Below, in pieces: positions 37,638 through 46,972 of a stretch of DNA of 64,000 nucleotides; positions within the stretch are counted from its first letter, which is position 1; each line of letters begins with the position of its first letter. The notes beneath the pieces are model-generated. The model ran no database searches and had not been told where the DNA came from. It worked only from the letters and a program-made list of their open reading frames with translations. The position numbers and the translations under genes were made by a program. Source of the stretch: Candidatus Kaiserbacteria bacterium (GTDB lineage Bacteria > Patescibacteriota > Minisyncoccia > Phycocordibacterales > Phycocordibacteraceae); NCBI GenBank assembly GCA_963699165.1, contig OY969413.1, positions 788,562-852,561 of the forward strand, read 5' to 3'.

Positions 37638-38051
37638 ATGCGATACCTCGGCATCGATTACGGCAGCCGGAAAGTCGGCCTCGCGCTCTCGGACGAAGCG
37701 GGCACGATGGGGTTCCCGCACGACATCGTCCCGAATACGCCGCGGCTTGTCGACGAGTTGTGCGCCCTCATCGCGAAAGAAAACGTCGGCGCAGTAGTGA
37801 TCGGCGAATCAAGAAATCTTGCGGGCGGCGAAAACGCAATTGCAAAAGATGCGCGCGAACTCGGGGCGCACATTACCGAACGCGCTGGCATTCCGGTTCT
37901 GTTTGAGTCGGAAGTGTTTACGAGCGCCGAGGCGCGGCGAATGCCGGAAAAGCAGGAAAAGTCGCGCGGCGCGAAGCGCCGCGCGGATGTCGACGATTCG
38001 GCCGCCGCACTTATTCTTACCAGCTACCTTTCCAGAATCGACCATGAGTAA
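37638..38051 (+). CDS. ruvX: Holliday-junction-resolvase-like pre-16S rRNA nuclease YqgF/RuvX
   Basis: MRYLGIDYGSRKVGLALSDE is the RNase H-like YqgF N-terminus. The start is trimmed to the internal ATG 37638. Confidence 0.8.
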   Translation: MRYLGIDYGSRKVGLALSDEAGTMGFPHDIVPNTPRLVDELCALIAKENVGAVVIGESRNLAGGENAIAKDARELGAHITERAGIPVLFESEVFTSAEARRMPEKQEKSRGAKRRADVDDSAAALILTSYLSRIDHE

Positions 38052-38385
38052 AGAACGGATTTCAATAGACGAGTTTGCAAAAATCGAGGTGCAGGTCGGC
38101 ACCGTTAAAACCGCCGAGCGCGTTCCCGAGACCGAAAAATTGCTGCGGCTCACGGTCGATTTCGGCGAGGAAAGCGGACCGCGTCAAATCATTTCCGGCA
38201 TTGCCGGTTATGTTTCGGAGCCGGAATCGCTTGTCGGGCGCCAGCTCGCATTCGTCACCAACTTGGAGCCGCGCACGATTCGCGGACTCGAAAGCAACGG
38301 AATGCTATTTGCCGTCGGTTCGGCCGAAACGTTTGCATTTCTCGAGCCGGACAGGGAAGTGTCGCCGGGCACCAGTGCACATTGA
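38044..38385 (+). CDS. tRNA-binding (EMAP/Myf-type OB-fold) domain protein, CsaA-like
   Basis: FAKIEVQVGTVKTAERVPETEKLLRLTVDFG...RQIISGIAGY is the tRNA-binding domain signature. Start at ATG 38044. Confidence 0.7.
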   Translation: MSKERISIDEFAKIEVQVGTVKTAERVPETEKLLRLTVDFGEESGPRQIISGIAGYVSEPESLVGRQLAFVTNLEPRTIRGLESNGMLFAVGSAETFAFLEPDREVSPGTSAH

Positions 38386-38432
38386 GCAATAAAATGCGCG
38401 GCCGCGAAGCGGCCGCGTGATATTCTGTATGT

Positions 38433-39530
38433 ATGGCCTTTGTTTTCAGTGAGCGACTTCGAACCGCGTTTGCGCCACCGCGCTATCTTGCGCTTCCTCT
38501 TTCCGGAATTGATATTTCAAACAGCGGAGTCAAAGTGGTCCGTCTGGCGCAGAGTCCGCACGGGCTCATTCTCGAGAGCTTTTCCACGACGCTTTTGCCG
38601 GCCGGCGCATATGCCGATGGTGAAATCGTCGACCGTGCGGCCGTTGTGAACGCGATTGCAGCAACCGCGAAAACCGTCGGCGTTTCGCTTGCAAACGCGG
38701 CTCTGCCGGAATCGAAATCCTATTTGTTTGAAACGATTGCGGAAGGCGCGAGAAAGACGGAGTGGCGCACGGCGGTCGAACAGCACATCGACGAGCTTAT
38801 TCCGCTTCCGCCGCAGGAAACGGCATTCGATATCATTCCTATCGGTCGCGCGGAAAACGGAGGAGAACTCATCGCGGGCGTCGGGTTTGCCCGTCGAGTC
38901 GTGGACGAAACGCTCGCAACGTTCGATCAAGCGGGCATCCGCGCCCGCTCGCTCGAAGGAGAAACATTCGCGATGACGCGAGCGCTTTTGCCTAAAGGCG
39001 ATTCTTCGACCGCGCTTATCGTCGATATCGGCAAAACGACAACGAAACTCGTCATCGTTGCGAACCGCATCCCGCGTTTTGCCGCCACCATAGGCATCGG
39101 GGGACATGCGTTTACGCTTGCCGTGCAGAAATTTTTCGGCGTGACGGAAGCCGAGGCGCGCCGCGTGAAAGCGGAGCATGGCATCGTACCCGCGCCCGGG
39201 AACGAAGATTATCTTGCCGCAATGCTTTCGACGACTTCCGCGATTCGAGACGAGATTGCCACGCGGCTAGCGTATTGGCAGGACAAAGCGGCGCAAAAAG
39301 GCGCGCACGAACCCGTGTCGCACGCGATTCTTGCGGGCGGCAACGCCTCCGTGCGCGGTCTGCCGGAATATTTGGAAGCGGCGCTGAAGATTCCCGTCGC
39401 TACCGGCGACGTCTTCACCAATCTCGCGTCGCATGATTTTTGGATTCCGCCGGTCGATTACACCGAATCGCTCGCGTTTGCGACCTCCATAGGCCTTGCA
39501 CTTCGCGACGACGTTGAACCCAATGACTGA
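38433..39530 (+). CDS. pilM: type IV pilus assembly protein PilM (actin-like ATPase fold)
   Basis: 365 aa with an FtsA/PilM-like fold. Followed by pilN/pilO-like genes with overlapping stops and starts. Confidence 0.75.
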   Translation: MAFVFSERLRTAFAPPRYLALPLSGIDISNSGVKVVRLAQSPHGLILESFSTTLLPAGAYADGEIVDRAAVVNAIAATAKTVGVSLANAALPESKSYLFETIAEGARKTEWRTAVEQHIDELIPLPPQETAFDIIPIGRAENGGELIAGVGFARRVVDETLATFDQAGIRARSLEGETFAMTRALLPKGDSSTALIVDIGKTTTKLVIVANRIPRFAATIGIGGHAFTLAVQKFFGVTEAEARRVKAEHGIVPAPGNEDYLAAMLSTTSAIRDEIATRLAYWQDKAAQKGAHEPVSHAILAGGNASVRGLPEYLEAALKIPVATGDVFTNLASHDFWIPPVDYTESLAFATSIGLALRDDVEPND

Positions 39531-40077
39531 AGAATTCACCAATTTGCTTCCGATTGAACGCAGAAATGCGCTGTCCCGCGACTACGTTCTACGCCTCTGC
39601 ACGGTTGCCGTCTGGTTTCTCACCGCGCTCACGCTTGCGGCAATGGTATTGCTTTTGCCGACCTACACGCTGCTTGCAGAAAATGCGAGCACGCAGCAGG
39701 CGCACCTTGCAAGCATCGAGGCCGCAATGTCGTCGGGCGACGAGTCCTCGCTCGCCGCGCGCGTTTCCGCGTTGAATGCAAATGCGGCGGCGCTCTCCGC
39801 GCTCGCAAACGCTCCGTCCGCGAGCGCAACGCTTCGGTCGGTGCTCGGCGTCGCTCATGCGGGCGTTTCGCTCAACGAACTTTCCTATACGCCGGCGAAG
39901 GGCAAAGGCGCGGGAACCGTTGCAATTTCCGGAACTGCCGCGACGCGCGACGCGCTTCGTGCATATCAGCTCGCGCTTTCGGGTGCTTCGTTTGCGCACG
40001 CGGTCGATTTGCCGGTGTCGGCTTATGCGCAGGATACCGCTATTCCGTTTACGATTACCGTAACGCTCACGCCATGA
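39496..40077 (+). CDS. PilN-like pilus assembly protein
   Basis: N-terminal TM anchor followed by a periplasmic domain. Operon position after pilM. Confidence 0.45.
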   Translation: MHFATTLNPMTEEFTNLLPIERRNALSRDYVLRLCTVAVWFLTALTLAAMVLLLPTYTLLAENASTQQAHLASIEAAMSSGDESSLAARVSALNANAAALSALANAPSASATLRSVLGVAHAGVSLNELSYTPAKGKGAGTVAISGTAATRDALRAYQLALSGASFAHAVDLPVSAYAQDTAIPFTITVTLTP

Positions 40078-40607
40078 AATCGCCGCTCGTACATTTGATA
40101 ATTGCAATAGCGATATGCGCGGCCGCACTCGGGGCATACGGGTGGTGGTATGCGGACATCTCGGCGAAAAGTGCCGTCGTCGCCGATTTGGAAACTCAGA
40201 TTGCGGAGAAAAGCGGCGACATGAATCAATTGACCGCTACGCGTTCGGCGCTCGGAGAAATTACGGACGACGAAGCATTGGTGCAGGGATACTTTGTGTC
40301 CGGCAGCAGCGTCGTGAACTTTATCGAAAATATAGAAGCGTTGGGAAGCGCGCAGAGTGCAACGGTCAACGTTCTTTCGGTTTCGGCCGGCGGTTCCGCG
40401 GCGCGTCCCACACTCGCGTTCAGTATTTCCGTCAAAGGAACATTCGACGCGGTAATGCGAACGGTCGGCGCAATTGAATATGCTCCGTATGCCATTTCGA
40501 TGTCATCGCTCTCCGTCGGAGAAGACGGGAAAGACAGTTGGCACGCCGACCTTTCTCTCATCGTCGGGTCGCTTCCGGCGAAGACGACCGCAACAAGCAC
40601 GCCATGA
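40074..40607 (+). CDS. PilO-like pilus assembly protein
   Basis: TM anchor plus coiled coil. Operon position. Overlaps its neighbours by 4 nt. Confidence 0.4.
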   Translation: MKSPLVHLIIAIAICAAALGAYGWWYADISAKSAVVADLETQIAEKSGDMNQLTATRSALGEITDDEALVQGYFVSGSSVVNFIENIEALGSAQSATVNVLSVSAGGSAARPTLAFSISVKGTFDAVMRTVGAIEYAPYAISMSSLSVGEDGKDSWHADLSLIVGSLPAKTTATSTP

Positions 40608-40912
40608 AAATTCCTAATTCCATCGCAACATTTTTCAAACGACTTCGCGGCGGCACGCAGCAGGATCCGGCGCGGGACTGGCTCATTTTGATTGGCGTCT
40701 CGCTGGTCGTGTTTGCGGGCGTCATCGTGTGGAATGTGTGGGCGTTTACCATCGTCTCGCAAGGGGGCACCATCGGTTCCTCTCCGGTTCCGGCATCGTC
40801 GGCATTCAATCGTTCGTCGCTGGAAAGTATCCAAGGCGTTTTCTCGGCGCGTGCAACCGAAGAACAAAAATATGTCACGGGCGTATACCGGTACGTCGAC
40901 CCTTCGCAATAA
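40604..40912 (+). CDS. small membrane protein in the pil operon (PilP-like?)
   Basis: Start ATG 40604 overlaps the pilO stop. One TM helix. Confidence 0.35.
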   Translation: MKIPNSIATFFKRLRGGTQQDPARDWLILIGVSLVVFAGVIVWNVWAFTIVSQGGTIGSSPVPASSAFNRSSLESIQGVFSARATEEQKYVTGVYRYVDPSQ

Positions 40913-41026
40913 GCTCGGTTTGCGCTAGGGTATGGGAGTGTTTTGCCCACCGAACTTCTCGGATTCGATACGGTGGGCTCGTTCGGGAGGCAAGAATCCG
41001 AGTGCGGTTTCTTGTGCCCTCGCTTC

Positions 41027-41101
41027 GCCCCTGTAGTTAAACGGATATAACTGCGGACTTCTAAGCCGCTATTCGAGGTTCGACTCCTCGCGGGGGCACC
41101 A
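41027..41101 (+). tRNA. tRNA-Arg (anticodon TCT), CCA encoded
   Basis: Hand fold: acceptor GCCCCTG/CGGGGGC, D-arm GTTA...TAAC, anticodon loop CTTCTAA, T-arm CGAGG-TTCGACT-CCTCG, ACCA at the 3' end. Confidence 0.8.
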
Positions 41102-41144
41102 AATGAGAAAACGCCATCGGCAGTTTTCTCATTTGGTGCCCCCG
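41091..41144. repeat. 22-bp perfect inverted repeat whose left arm is the tRNA-Arg 3' end
   Basis: cgggggcaccaaatgagaaaac-gccatcggca-gttttctcatttggtgcccccg. Confidence 0.7.
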
Positions 41145-41365
41145 AGCACGCCCGGGAAGCGTGCGTCGAGGAATCGAAGACCTTGCGAGCATTTTTCTGG
41201 AGCAGCGCGAACAGAAAAATCCGCCTACTCCAAGGGTCATTCTGCCGAATGACCCAGTAGGTCATTTTGCTAAATGAGGTATGCTGAAAGTGCGATTCAG
41301 CAGAATCGCACTACCGGGTAAGTTTCGATTCCTCGCCGCCGGACGATTGGTTGATTTTTTCGTGC

Positions 41366-41447
41366 GGGCATGTGGCGGAATTGGTATACGCGTACGTCTC
41401 AGAAGCGTATGTCGCAAGACTTGGGAGTTCGAGTCTCCCCATGCCCA
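41366..41447 (+). tRNA. tRNA-Leu (anticodon CAG), type II
   Basis: Hand fold: acceptor GGGCATG/CATGCCC, D-arm GCG-GAATTGGTATA-CGC, anticodon arm TACGT-CTCAGAA-GCGTA, variable hairpin GTC-gcaa-GAC, T-arm GGGAG-TTCGAGT-CTCCC. Confidence 0.7.
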
Positions 41448-41677
41448 CAGCGAACGAAGAGAGCGAGAACATGGAGCACCCTGTCTGCACAGGGTGCGTG
41501 GAGACTCGAATGGCGGAGCCATGTCCGAACGAGAGTGAGGACAGCGAGCCGGGGTCGCGCGCACTTGACGCAAAGCGGCCAAGTGACGCGTGACCGAGCC
41601 CCCATGCCTACAGAAGTTGCAACAAAACTGGCGAACACGGTCTCACAATTATGATATTGTGCACGGTACGCTCGTCG

Positions 41678-41750
41678 GGGCGCTTAGCTCAGTTGGTAGA
41701 GCAACCCGTTTACACCGGGTAGGTCAGAGGTTCGAGTCCTCTAGCGCCCA
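41678..41750 (+). tRNA. tRNA-Val (anticodon TAC)
   Basis: Hand fold: acceptor GGGCGCT/AGCGCCC, D-arm GCTC...GAGC, anticodon arm ACCCG-TTTACAC-CGGGT, T-arm AGAGG-TTCGAGT-CCTCT. Confidence 0.8.
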
Positions 41751-41788
41751 CTTGAAACTAAACTTGTCCAGTATACGTTTTATTAACT

Positions 41789-42499
41789 ATGAATGAACGC
41801 AACGACGGCGTGTCGGATGTTTCGCGCGCGACTTCGGTCGGCATCATTATGGACGGCAATCGCCGCTGGGCGAAGGCGCGCGGCGCGCAGACATTTGAAG
41901 GCCATGCGGCGGGGCTTTCAAAAGCGAAGGAAATCGTCCGCCACGCGTTTTCCCGCGGCGTGAAGGCGGTGACGCTGTACGCATTTTCGACGGAGAATTG
42001 GAAGCGTTCGACACAAGAGGTCGGCTATCTCATGGATTTGTTCGGCTCGGCGATGGTGCGCGAATTCGAAGATATCGCGCGCGAGGGCGTGCATGTTCGT
42101 TTTATCGGAGACCTTTCGCGGGTGCCGGAGAATCTGCGCGCGGCTGCGGCGAAGCTTGAAGAAAAATCCGCAAAAACCGCTTCCGGAAAAACGCTCGGCA
42201 TCGCTCTTTCATACGGCGGTCGCGCGGAAATCCTCGCCGCGATGCGGCGGCTGTTTTCGGCGGGGAAGAATGATGTCGCCGAGGAGGATGTTAATGCCGC
42301 GCTTTGGAGCGCCGGTATGCGGGACCCGGACATTATCATTCGCACCGGCGGCGAAAAGCGGCTTTCCGGTTTTCTTACGTGGCAATCGATTTACAGCGAA
42401 CTTTTCTTTTCGGACTCGTTTTGGCCGGCATTTACGAAGGAAGAATTCGATTCCATTCTTGCAGATTTTGCGCTTCGCGAGCGCCGCCTCGGCACGTAA
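41789..42499 (+). CDS. uppS: undecaprenyl diphosphate synthase (cis-isoprenyl transferase)
   Basis: GIIMDGNRRWA and the ...FSTENW.R cis-IPPS motifs. Confidence 0.85.
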   Translation: MNERNDGVSDVSRATSVGIIMDGNRRWAKARGAQTFEGHAAGLSKAKEIVRHAFSRGVKAVTLYAFSTENWKRSTQEVGYLMDLFGSAMVREFEDIAREGVHVRFIGDLSRVPENLRAAAAKLEEKSAKTASGKTLGIALSYGGRAEILAAMRRLFSAGKNDVAEEDVNAALWSAGMRDPDIIIRTGGEKRLSGFLTWQSIYSELFFSDSFWPAFTKEEFDSILADFALRERRLGT

Positions 42500-42515
42500 A
42501 TGATAGAGTGGGGCA

Positions 42516-43214
42516 ATGGAGCTTCCCATTCTCTACGAAGATGCGGATATCGTCGCGGTTGCAAAACCGGCCGGCGTTTTGACGCATTCGGATGGACGCT
42601 CGAAGGCGGAAACCGCCGAGGATTGGTTCGATGAACGATATCCGCACGAAGCAACCGAACCGCCGCAAGTCGGGTACGTGCATCGCCTCGACCGCGATAC
42701 CTCCGGCGTGCTGGTCTTCGCAAAGAATCCAACTGTGTATGCGTTTTTGCGCAAAGCATTTCACGACCGCGACGTGCATAAAACCTATCTCGCATTCGTG
42801 CATGGCGTTCCGAAAGAAAAAACGGGAGTGATTGATTTTGACATCGGGCGTTCGCGAAGAGATTTTCGCCTACGAAGCGCGCAGCCGAAAGCCAAAGGAC
42901 GGCTGCGCGAATCCCTCACGCGCTACGAAGTGGTAGGGGAGACCGCCGGCTTTGCGCTTCTCAAAGTGAGCCCCGAAACGGGCAGGACGCATCAGATTCG
43001 CGTGCATTTAAAGGCGATTCATCATCCGATTGTCGGCGATTCGCTGTATGCGCCAAAGCACCCCGCTGCGCTCGGCATTACCCGTCTCGGATTGCATGCA
43101 TACCGAGTCGAAATTCCGCTTCCGGCCGGCCGGCGGGTGACGATTGTCGCGCCCGTGCCGAAAGACCTCGCTCCCGCGTTCTCGGCCTTTCCGCAGGTAA
43201 AGGCGGGGTATTAA
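42516..43214 (+). CDS. RluA-family pseudouridine synthase
   Basis: Catalytic motif HRLDRDTSGVLVFAK. Confidence 0.8.
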   Translation: MELPILYEDADIVAVAKPAGVLTHSDGRSKAETAEDWFDERYPHEATEPPQVGYVHRLDRDTSGVLVFAKNPTVYAFLRKAFHDRDVHKTYLAFVHGVPKEKTGVIDFDIGRSRRDFRLRSAQPKAKGRLRESLTRYEVVGETAGFALLKVSPETGRTHQIRVHLKAIHHPIVGDSLYAPKHPAALGITRLGLHAYRVEIPLPAGRRVTIVAPVPKDLAPAFSAFPQVKAGY

Positions 43215-44014
43215 GAACGAGTTGGCACAAGCGTTAATGATTTTAATAAGTAAGTGCGCGGATTTCCGAACAATTCCGGTGAGGAAAATCTGAAGCAGAA
43301 TTCCCTCACGTATTGCTCGAGGTTCTCGCTCCAGTGATGATGATACATCCTCCGCACAAAGGTGCGGTATACGCCGAACACGCCTTCGATTTCGGAGGTA
43401 TGTTCGAACTCGAATTTTGAATGAATGTCTCTGCTGTGGGAGACCGGCCATCGCTTGCCGACACCCCGGTATATCGAACCGCCATCGGTCCACAACTCGC
43501 TCCCCGGCTTCACTTTGGCAAAGAGAAAGTCCATCACGTCCGTCTTGTTCGGGAAGCGATTGTGCATGACGGTATAGGCAAGCTTTCTCGTTCCTTTCTG
43601 CTTGGCCATCACGAGAGCTGCGTTCTTGAAATATGCCTCGTCCATCTGCACGATACGCTCGAGAATATGCTCTTCTTGGGGCAAATGCTCACGAAAGGTG
43701 GCATACCAGCGGCGTATCGTTCGTTCAGGCAAATGCGTGAGCTCCATGGCCTGCAAGACGGGTTCTCGTATCGTCCAGCACCAGAGGAGCATCCACCACG
43801 TCTGGAGCGGAAGCTTGAGGTTTGAGAGCCAGGTATGCGAGAGGAGCGAGAACCTTCGGCGGCAGGCAACACACCGGTACCGGTCTTCGTACCGCACAAT
43901 CCTGCGCGAGCGGCAGAGCGGGCAAAACACATTCTTTCCGAACAACGTTCGCCGCAAAAACTTTCTAATCTGCACTTCAGACGGAATTTGTTTGAGCGTG
44001 TACATAGCTTCCAT
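43211..44014 (-). CDS. IS1595-family (ISXO2-like) transposase
   Basis: N-terminal zinc finger CPLCRS...CVACRRRF and a DDE_Tnp_IS1595-like core (QMDEAYF...). Confidence 0.65.
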   Translation of the reverse strand: MEAMYTLKQIPSEVQIRKFLRRTLFGKNVFCPLCRSRRIVRYEDRYRCVACRRRFSLLSHTWLSNLKLPLQTWWMLLWCWTIREPVLQAMELTHLPERTIRRWYATFREHLPQEEHILERIVQMDEAYFKNAALVMAKQKGTRKLAYTVMHNRFPNKTDVMDFLFAKVKPGSELWTDGGSIYRGVGKRWPVSHSRDIHSKFEFEHTSEIEGVFGVYRTFVRRMYHHHWSENLEQYVREFCFRFSSPELFGNPRTYLLKSLTLVPTRS

Positions 44015-44099
44015 GATACGGGAGCTGTGCCAACAGAGTCTGAATACCCTAAAGGCGGAATTTGCTCTCTGATACGGCGCGTGCTACAGTGCGCGGGAT

Positions 44100-44570
44100 A
44101 TGCGTAAAGTCATAACCTCGGTAAATACGGAAGGACGCGCGAAGCTCGGCATTCGCACGGGCGATACCGTGCGCGTCGTCCAAAACATCGTCGAGCTCAA
44201 AAAGGGCCGCGGCACCGACAAAAAGGAGAAGACGCTCAAAAATGTCCGCAAGCAGACATTCGAGGGCCTTGTCCTTTCGGTAAAGCACGGCACCGAAGCG
44301 GGCGCGATGTTCACCGTTCGCACCACGCTCTCCGGCGTCGGCGTCGAAAAGACCTTCCCGCTCTACTCTCCCGCCATCGACTCCATCGAAATCGTGAAGC
44401 GTTCAAAGGTGCGCCGCGCAAAGCTCTACTTTATCCGCGAGAAGGCGGCAAAGGCGGTCCGCCGCCAGCTTCGAAACGCGCGCATGATGAATGTGAAGAG
44501 CGACGAAGTCGTTGCTCCCGCGGAGGCGGAAGCCATTGCGGAGGAGAAAGCGGAGGAAGTTGTAGTATAG
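44100..44570 (+). CDS. rplS: 50S ribosomal protein L19 with an Ala/Glu-rich C-terminal extension
   Basis: Conserved L19 core (FEGLVLSVKHG...TFPLYSP.I..IEIV). Confidence 0.85.
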   Translation: MRKVITSVNTEGRAKLGIRTGDTVRVVQNIVELKKGRGTDKKEKTLKNVRKQTFEGLVLSVKHGTEAGAMFTVRTTLSGVGVEKTFPLYSPAIDSIEIVKRSKVRRAKLYFIREKAAKAVRRQLRNARMMNVKSDEVVAPAEAEAIAEEKAEEVVV

Positions 44571-44580
44571 TGATTCGGTT

Positions 44581-44664
44581 GCCCAGGTGGCGAAATTGGT
44601 AGACGCACTACCTTGAGGTGGTAGCTCTCGCAAGGGATTGGAGGTTCGAGTCCTCTCCTGGGCA
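44581..44664 (+). tRNA. tRNA-Leu (anticodon GAG), type II
   Basis: Hand fold: acceptor GCCCAGG/CCTGGGC, D-arm GCG-AAATTGGTAGA-CGC, anticodon arm CTACC-TTGAGGT-GGTAG, variable arm, T-arm GGAGG-TTCGAGT-CCTCT. Confidence 0.8.
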
Positions 44665-44740
44665 CAACAGTCAGAGACCGTGTTTGCGACCGTTTGGCTC
44701 TAGAAGACAGGTAAAAATGGTTCGGTACCTTTCGGGGTGT

Positions 44741-44775
44741 TTGACGCAAAACCTCGCGATTTTCATCGCGAGGTT
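44741..44775 (+). terminator. hairpin with a T-rich tail downstream of rplS / tRNA-Leu
   Basis: caaaacctcgcga-ttttca-tcgcgaggttttg, a 13-bp stem. Confidence 0.4.
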
Positions 44776-44789
44776 TTGCTTTGGGCGCT

Positions 44790-45843
44790 CTAATTTTCGA
44801 TAGCCACCTTCCGGTCTTTCAGGATGATCCTTCCCTTGAGATGCCCGAGTAGTTCCCGCTGTTCCGATGGTGTCCCGTTCTCAAGAAGATACTTTGCGTA
44901 CTTCCGTATATCCATTTCGTCTGCCTTCACCTTCTCACTTTTGTCCTGCATGGCCGCCCGGAGCTTGTTGTACCGGGATACCTCTCTTTCGATGAGATGC
45001 CGAGCCCCAATCTCGTCGATGCTGATGCTCTCTAACAGTACGAGTAGTTGCTCGATGAGCCGATCCTCTCGGATATAGGGATTCTTGCAGGCACGATCCT
45101 TGGACTTGGAACAGGAGTAGTAGGTGTAGAAGTGAAAGCCGCCGCCCGCCGCGTCCTTCTGCTTCTCTTGGGACGTGATGCCGCTCCCGCATATCCCACA
45201 GACCATGAGCTTGGTGAAGGTCGTATCGTGCGTCTTTTGCTTGGGGCGGCTCTCCTCAGCAAGTTTCTCCTGCACCGCCTGGAATAGGTCGCGCGTGATG
45301 AGTGGGGTGTGCTTGCCGGTATACCAGTTGCCACTCCCTCGGGGATACTCGAAGACCCCGCAGTATAGCGGGTTCCGCAGAAGGTTATAGATATTGCTCA
45401 AGCTCATGGTCTTATTCGTGCGCGAGAGGAAGTGTAGGTCGCTCTTGAGCCAGTGATATATCTTCCTTCCGCTCCACCTTTCGTTCCCGACCTTCTCGAA
45501 CATTTGCTTCATCACTCCCGAGCGCACAGAGTCTATGAGCATCTCGCACTTGTGGTCTGAGCGTTTGTCATTTAGGTAGCCGCACGGTGCCAAGCCCGGC
45601 CAGAGTCCCATCTCCGCTCTGGCCTTGAGCCCGCGCTTCACGTTGATGCGCTTGTTGTCGTTCTCGAGCTTCGCTTGGCTCCCTAATATCATGAGAAGGA
45701 ACTTTTCGTTCGGGTTATTGCCGAAACGTTGGCCATAGGTGCGGATGTCTTTCAAGAGCCCCTGATCCATAAGGTCGACGATGCGGCCGAGGTCACCTGC
45801 ATTTCTGCTGATGCGATCCGGTGCCCATGTCAGGATGCCGTTG
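44790..45843 (-). pseudogene. large serine recombinase lacking its catalytic N-terminus, truncated by IS3 copy 2
   Basis: Paralog of the 33199-34539 product from residue about 110 onward ([18 protein letters not shown]...). The reading frame runs open up to the IS3 end at 45844. No resolvase catalytic domain. Confidence 0.75.
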
Positions 45844-45905
45844 TGACCTGACCCCCAAATTTCAGACCATGTTCTAGACGGGATTAACCGCTAGAATGAC
45901 GTCAT

Positions 45906-46163
45906 ATGAAGCAATACCGCATCGCTCCTGAGGTGAAGGAACAAATCATTAATCGAATCAAGAACGATGGTGTCACTGTCGCCCAAGCGGCCAAAGAGCA
46001 TGGTATCCACGAGACCACCATCTATGGCTGGCTTGGTGCGAAAGTGCAAGACGGTACCGCATCTGTTCTTGAGATTGCGAGACTTCGAAAAGAGAATGAC
46101 GAACTCCTTCGTCTTGTTGGACTCATGACGCTCAAGCTGTCTGAAACCCAAAAAAAGAAGTGA
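45906..46163 (+). CDS. IS3-family transposase OrfA
   Basis: Identical to the 24596-24853 product. Confidence 0.8.
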   Translation: MKQYRIAPEVKEQIINRIKNDGVTVAQAAKEHGIHETTIYGWLGAKVQDGTASVLEIARLRKENDELLRLVGLMTLKLSETQKKK

Positions 46164-46972
46164 GCAAAGAATCTCCGATTGGTACGCGCACAACAGCGCG
46201 TACTCTTGGTATAGCTCGTTCCACCTTCTGGTATCAAAAGAAGAAGCCTGACAAAGACTGGGCACTCAAATGCCGTATTGAAGAAGTCCTTCGAGAGTTT
46301 CCTTCGTATGGATACCGGAGAGTTGCCCTGTATCTCAAGGAGAACAAAAAGAAGGTTCAAAGAGTCATGCGACTCTTTGGTATCAAAGCATATCGAAGAA
46401 GAGGAAGACGGTGGAGGAAATCAAGGAAACAAGCCGTGGAGTATCCAAATCTCCTGATGCGGATTGTACCCGCCTATCCGCATCAAGCATGGGTCGCTGA
46501 TTTCACTCATGTGTATTTCAAAGGGAAAGACATTCGTGTGGCAACCACCATGGACGTATACACTCGAAGTGTCGTTGGGCTCGCCATTGGTACGCGAGGT
46601 GGAACCGTACTTGTGACGCAGGCATTGTGCGCGGCACTTCTCAACCATCCTCGTCCCACCATCTTTCACAGCGACAACGGAGTGGAATACAATGCCGCAT
46701 CCTTCCGAGAGATGCTCATCAATTTCGGCATCAGCATCTCTCGCTCAAAAAAGGGCTGTCCGTGGGAGAACGGGTACCAAGAATCGTTCTATGGAAAATT
46801 CAAAACTGATCTGGGCGATCCCAATCGCTTCGATACGCTTGGTGAACTTGTTGCTGAAATCTATCAGACAATTCACCGGTACAACACCGTGCGTATACAC
46901 TCAACACTCAAGATGGCACCGAGAGAGTTTGCGAAATCGCACATCACCCGTACACTATCTTCACTCGTCTAG
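46160..46972 (+). CDS. IS3-family transposase OrfB
   Basis: Identical to the 24850-25662 product. Confidence 0.85.
   Translation: MSKESPIGTRTTARTLGIARSTFWYQKKKPDKDWALKCRIEEVLREFPSYGYRRVALYLKENKKKVQRVMRLFGIKAYRRRGRRWRKSRKQAVEYPNLLMRIVPAYPHQAWVADFTHVYFKGKDIRVATTMDVYTRSVVGLAIGTRGGTVLVTQALCAALLNHPRPTIFHSDNGVEYNAASFREMLINFGISISRSKKGCPWENGYQESFYGKFKTDLGDPNRFDTLGELVAEIYQTIHRYNTVRIHSTLKMAPREFAKSHITRTLSSLV

Noticed and set aside
38517-39179. 220-aa minus-strand ORF inside pilM
   Set aside because: It is antisense to pilM, Arg-rich and low-complexity, a typical GC-rich shadow ORF.
40558-41265. 235-aa minus-strand ORF spanning the pilO-like gene, the small membrane gene and tRNA-Arg
   Set aside because: It is antisense to an operon with overlapping start and stop coupling, and it crosses a tRNA gene. 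It is an artefact of high GC.
41366-41447. Possible tmRNA tRNA-like domain (GGGCATG...TTCGAGTCTCC...CCCACA)
   Set aside because: The element is only 82 nt and folds into a complete type II tRNA with a CAG anticodon. There is no mRNA-like domain.
41262-41654. Four overlapping ORFs (80-106 aa) in the tRNA cluster
   Set aside because: The region contains a well-folded tRNA-Leu(CAG) and tRNA-like fragments. The ORFs occupy mutually exclusive frames and look non-coding.
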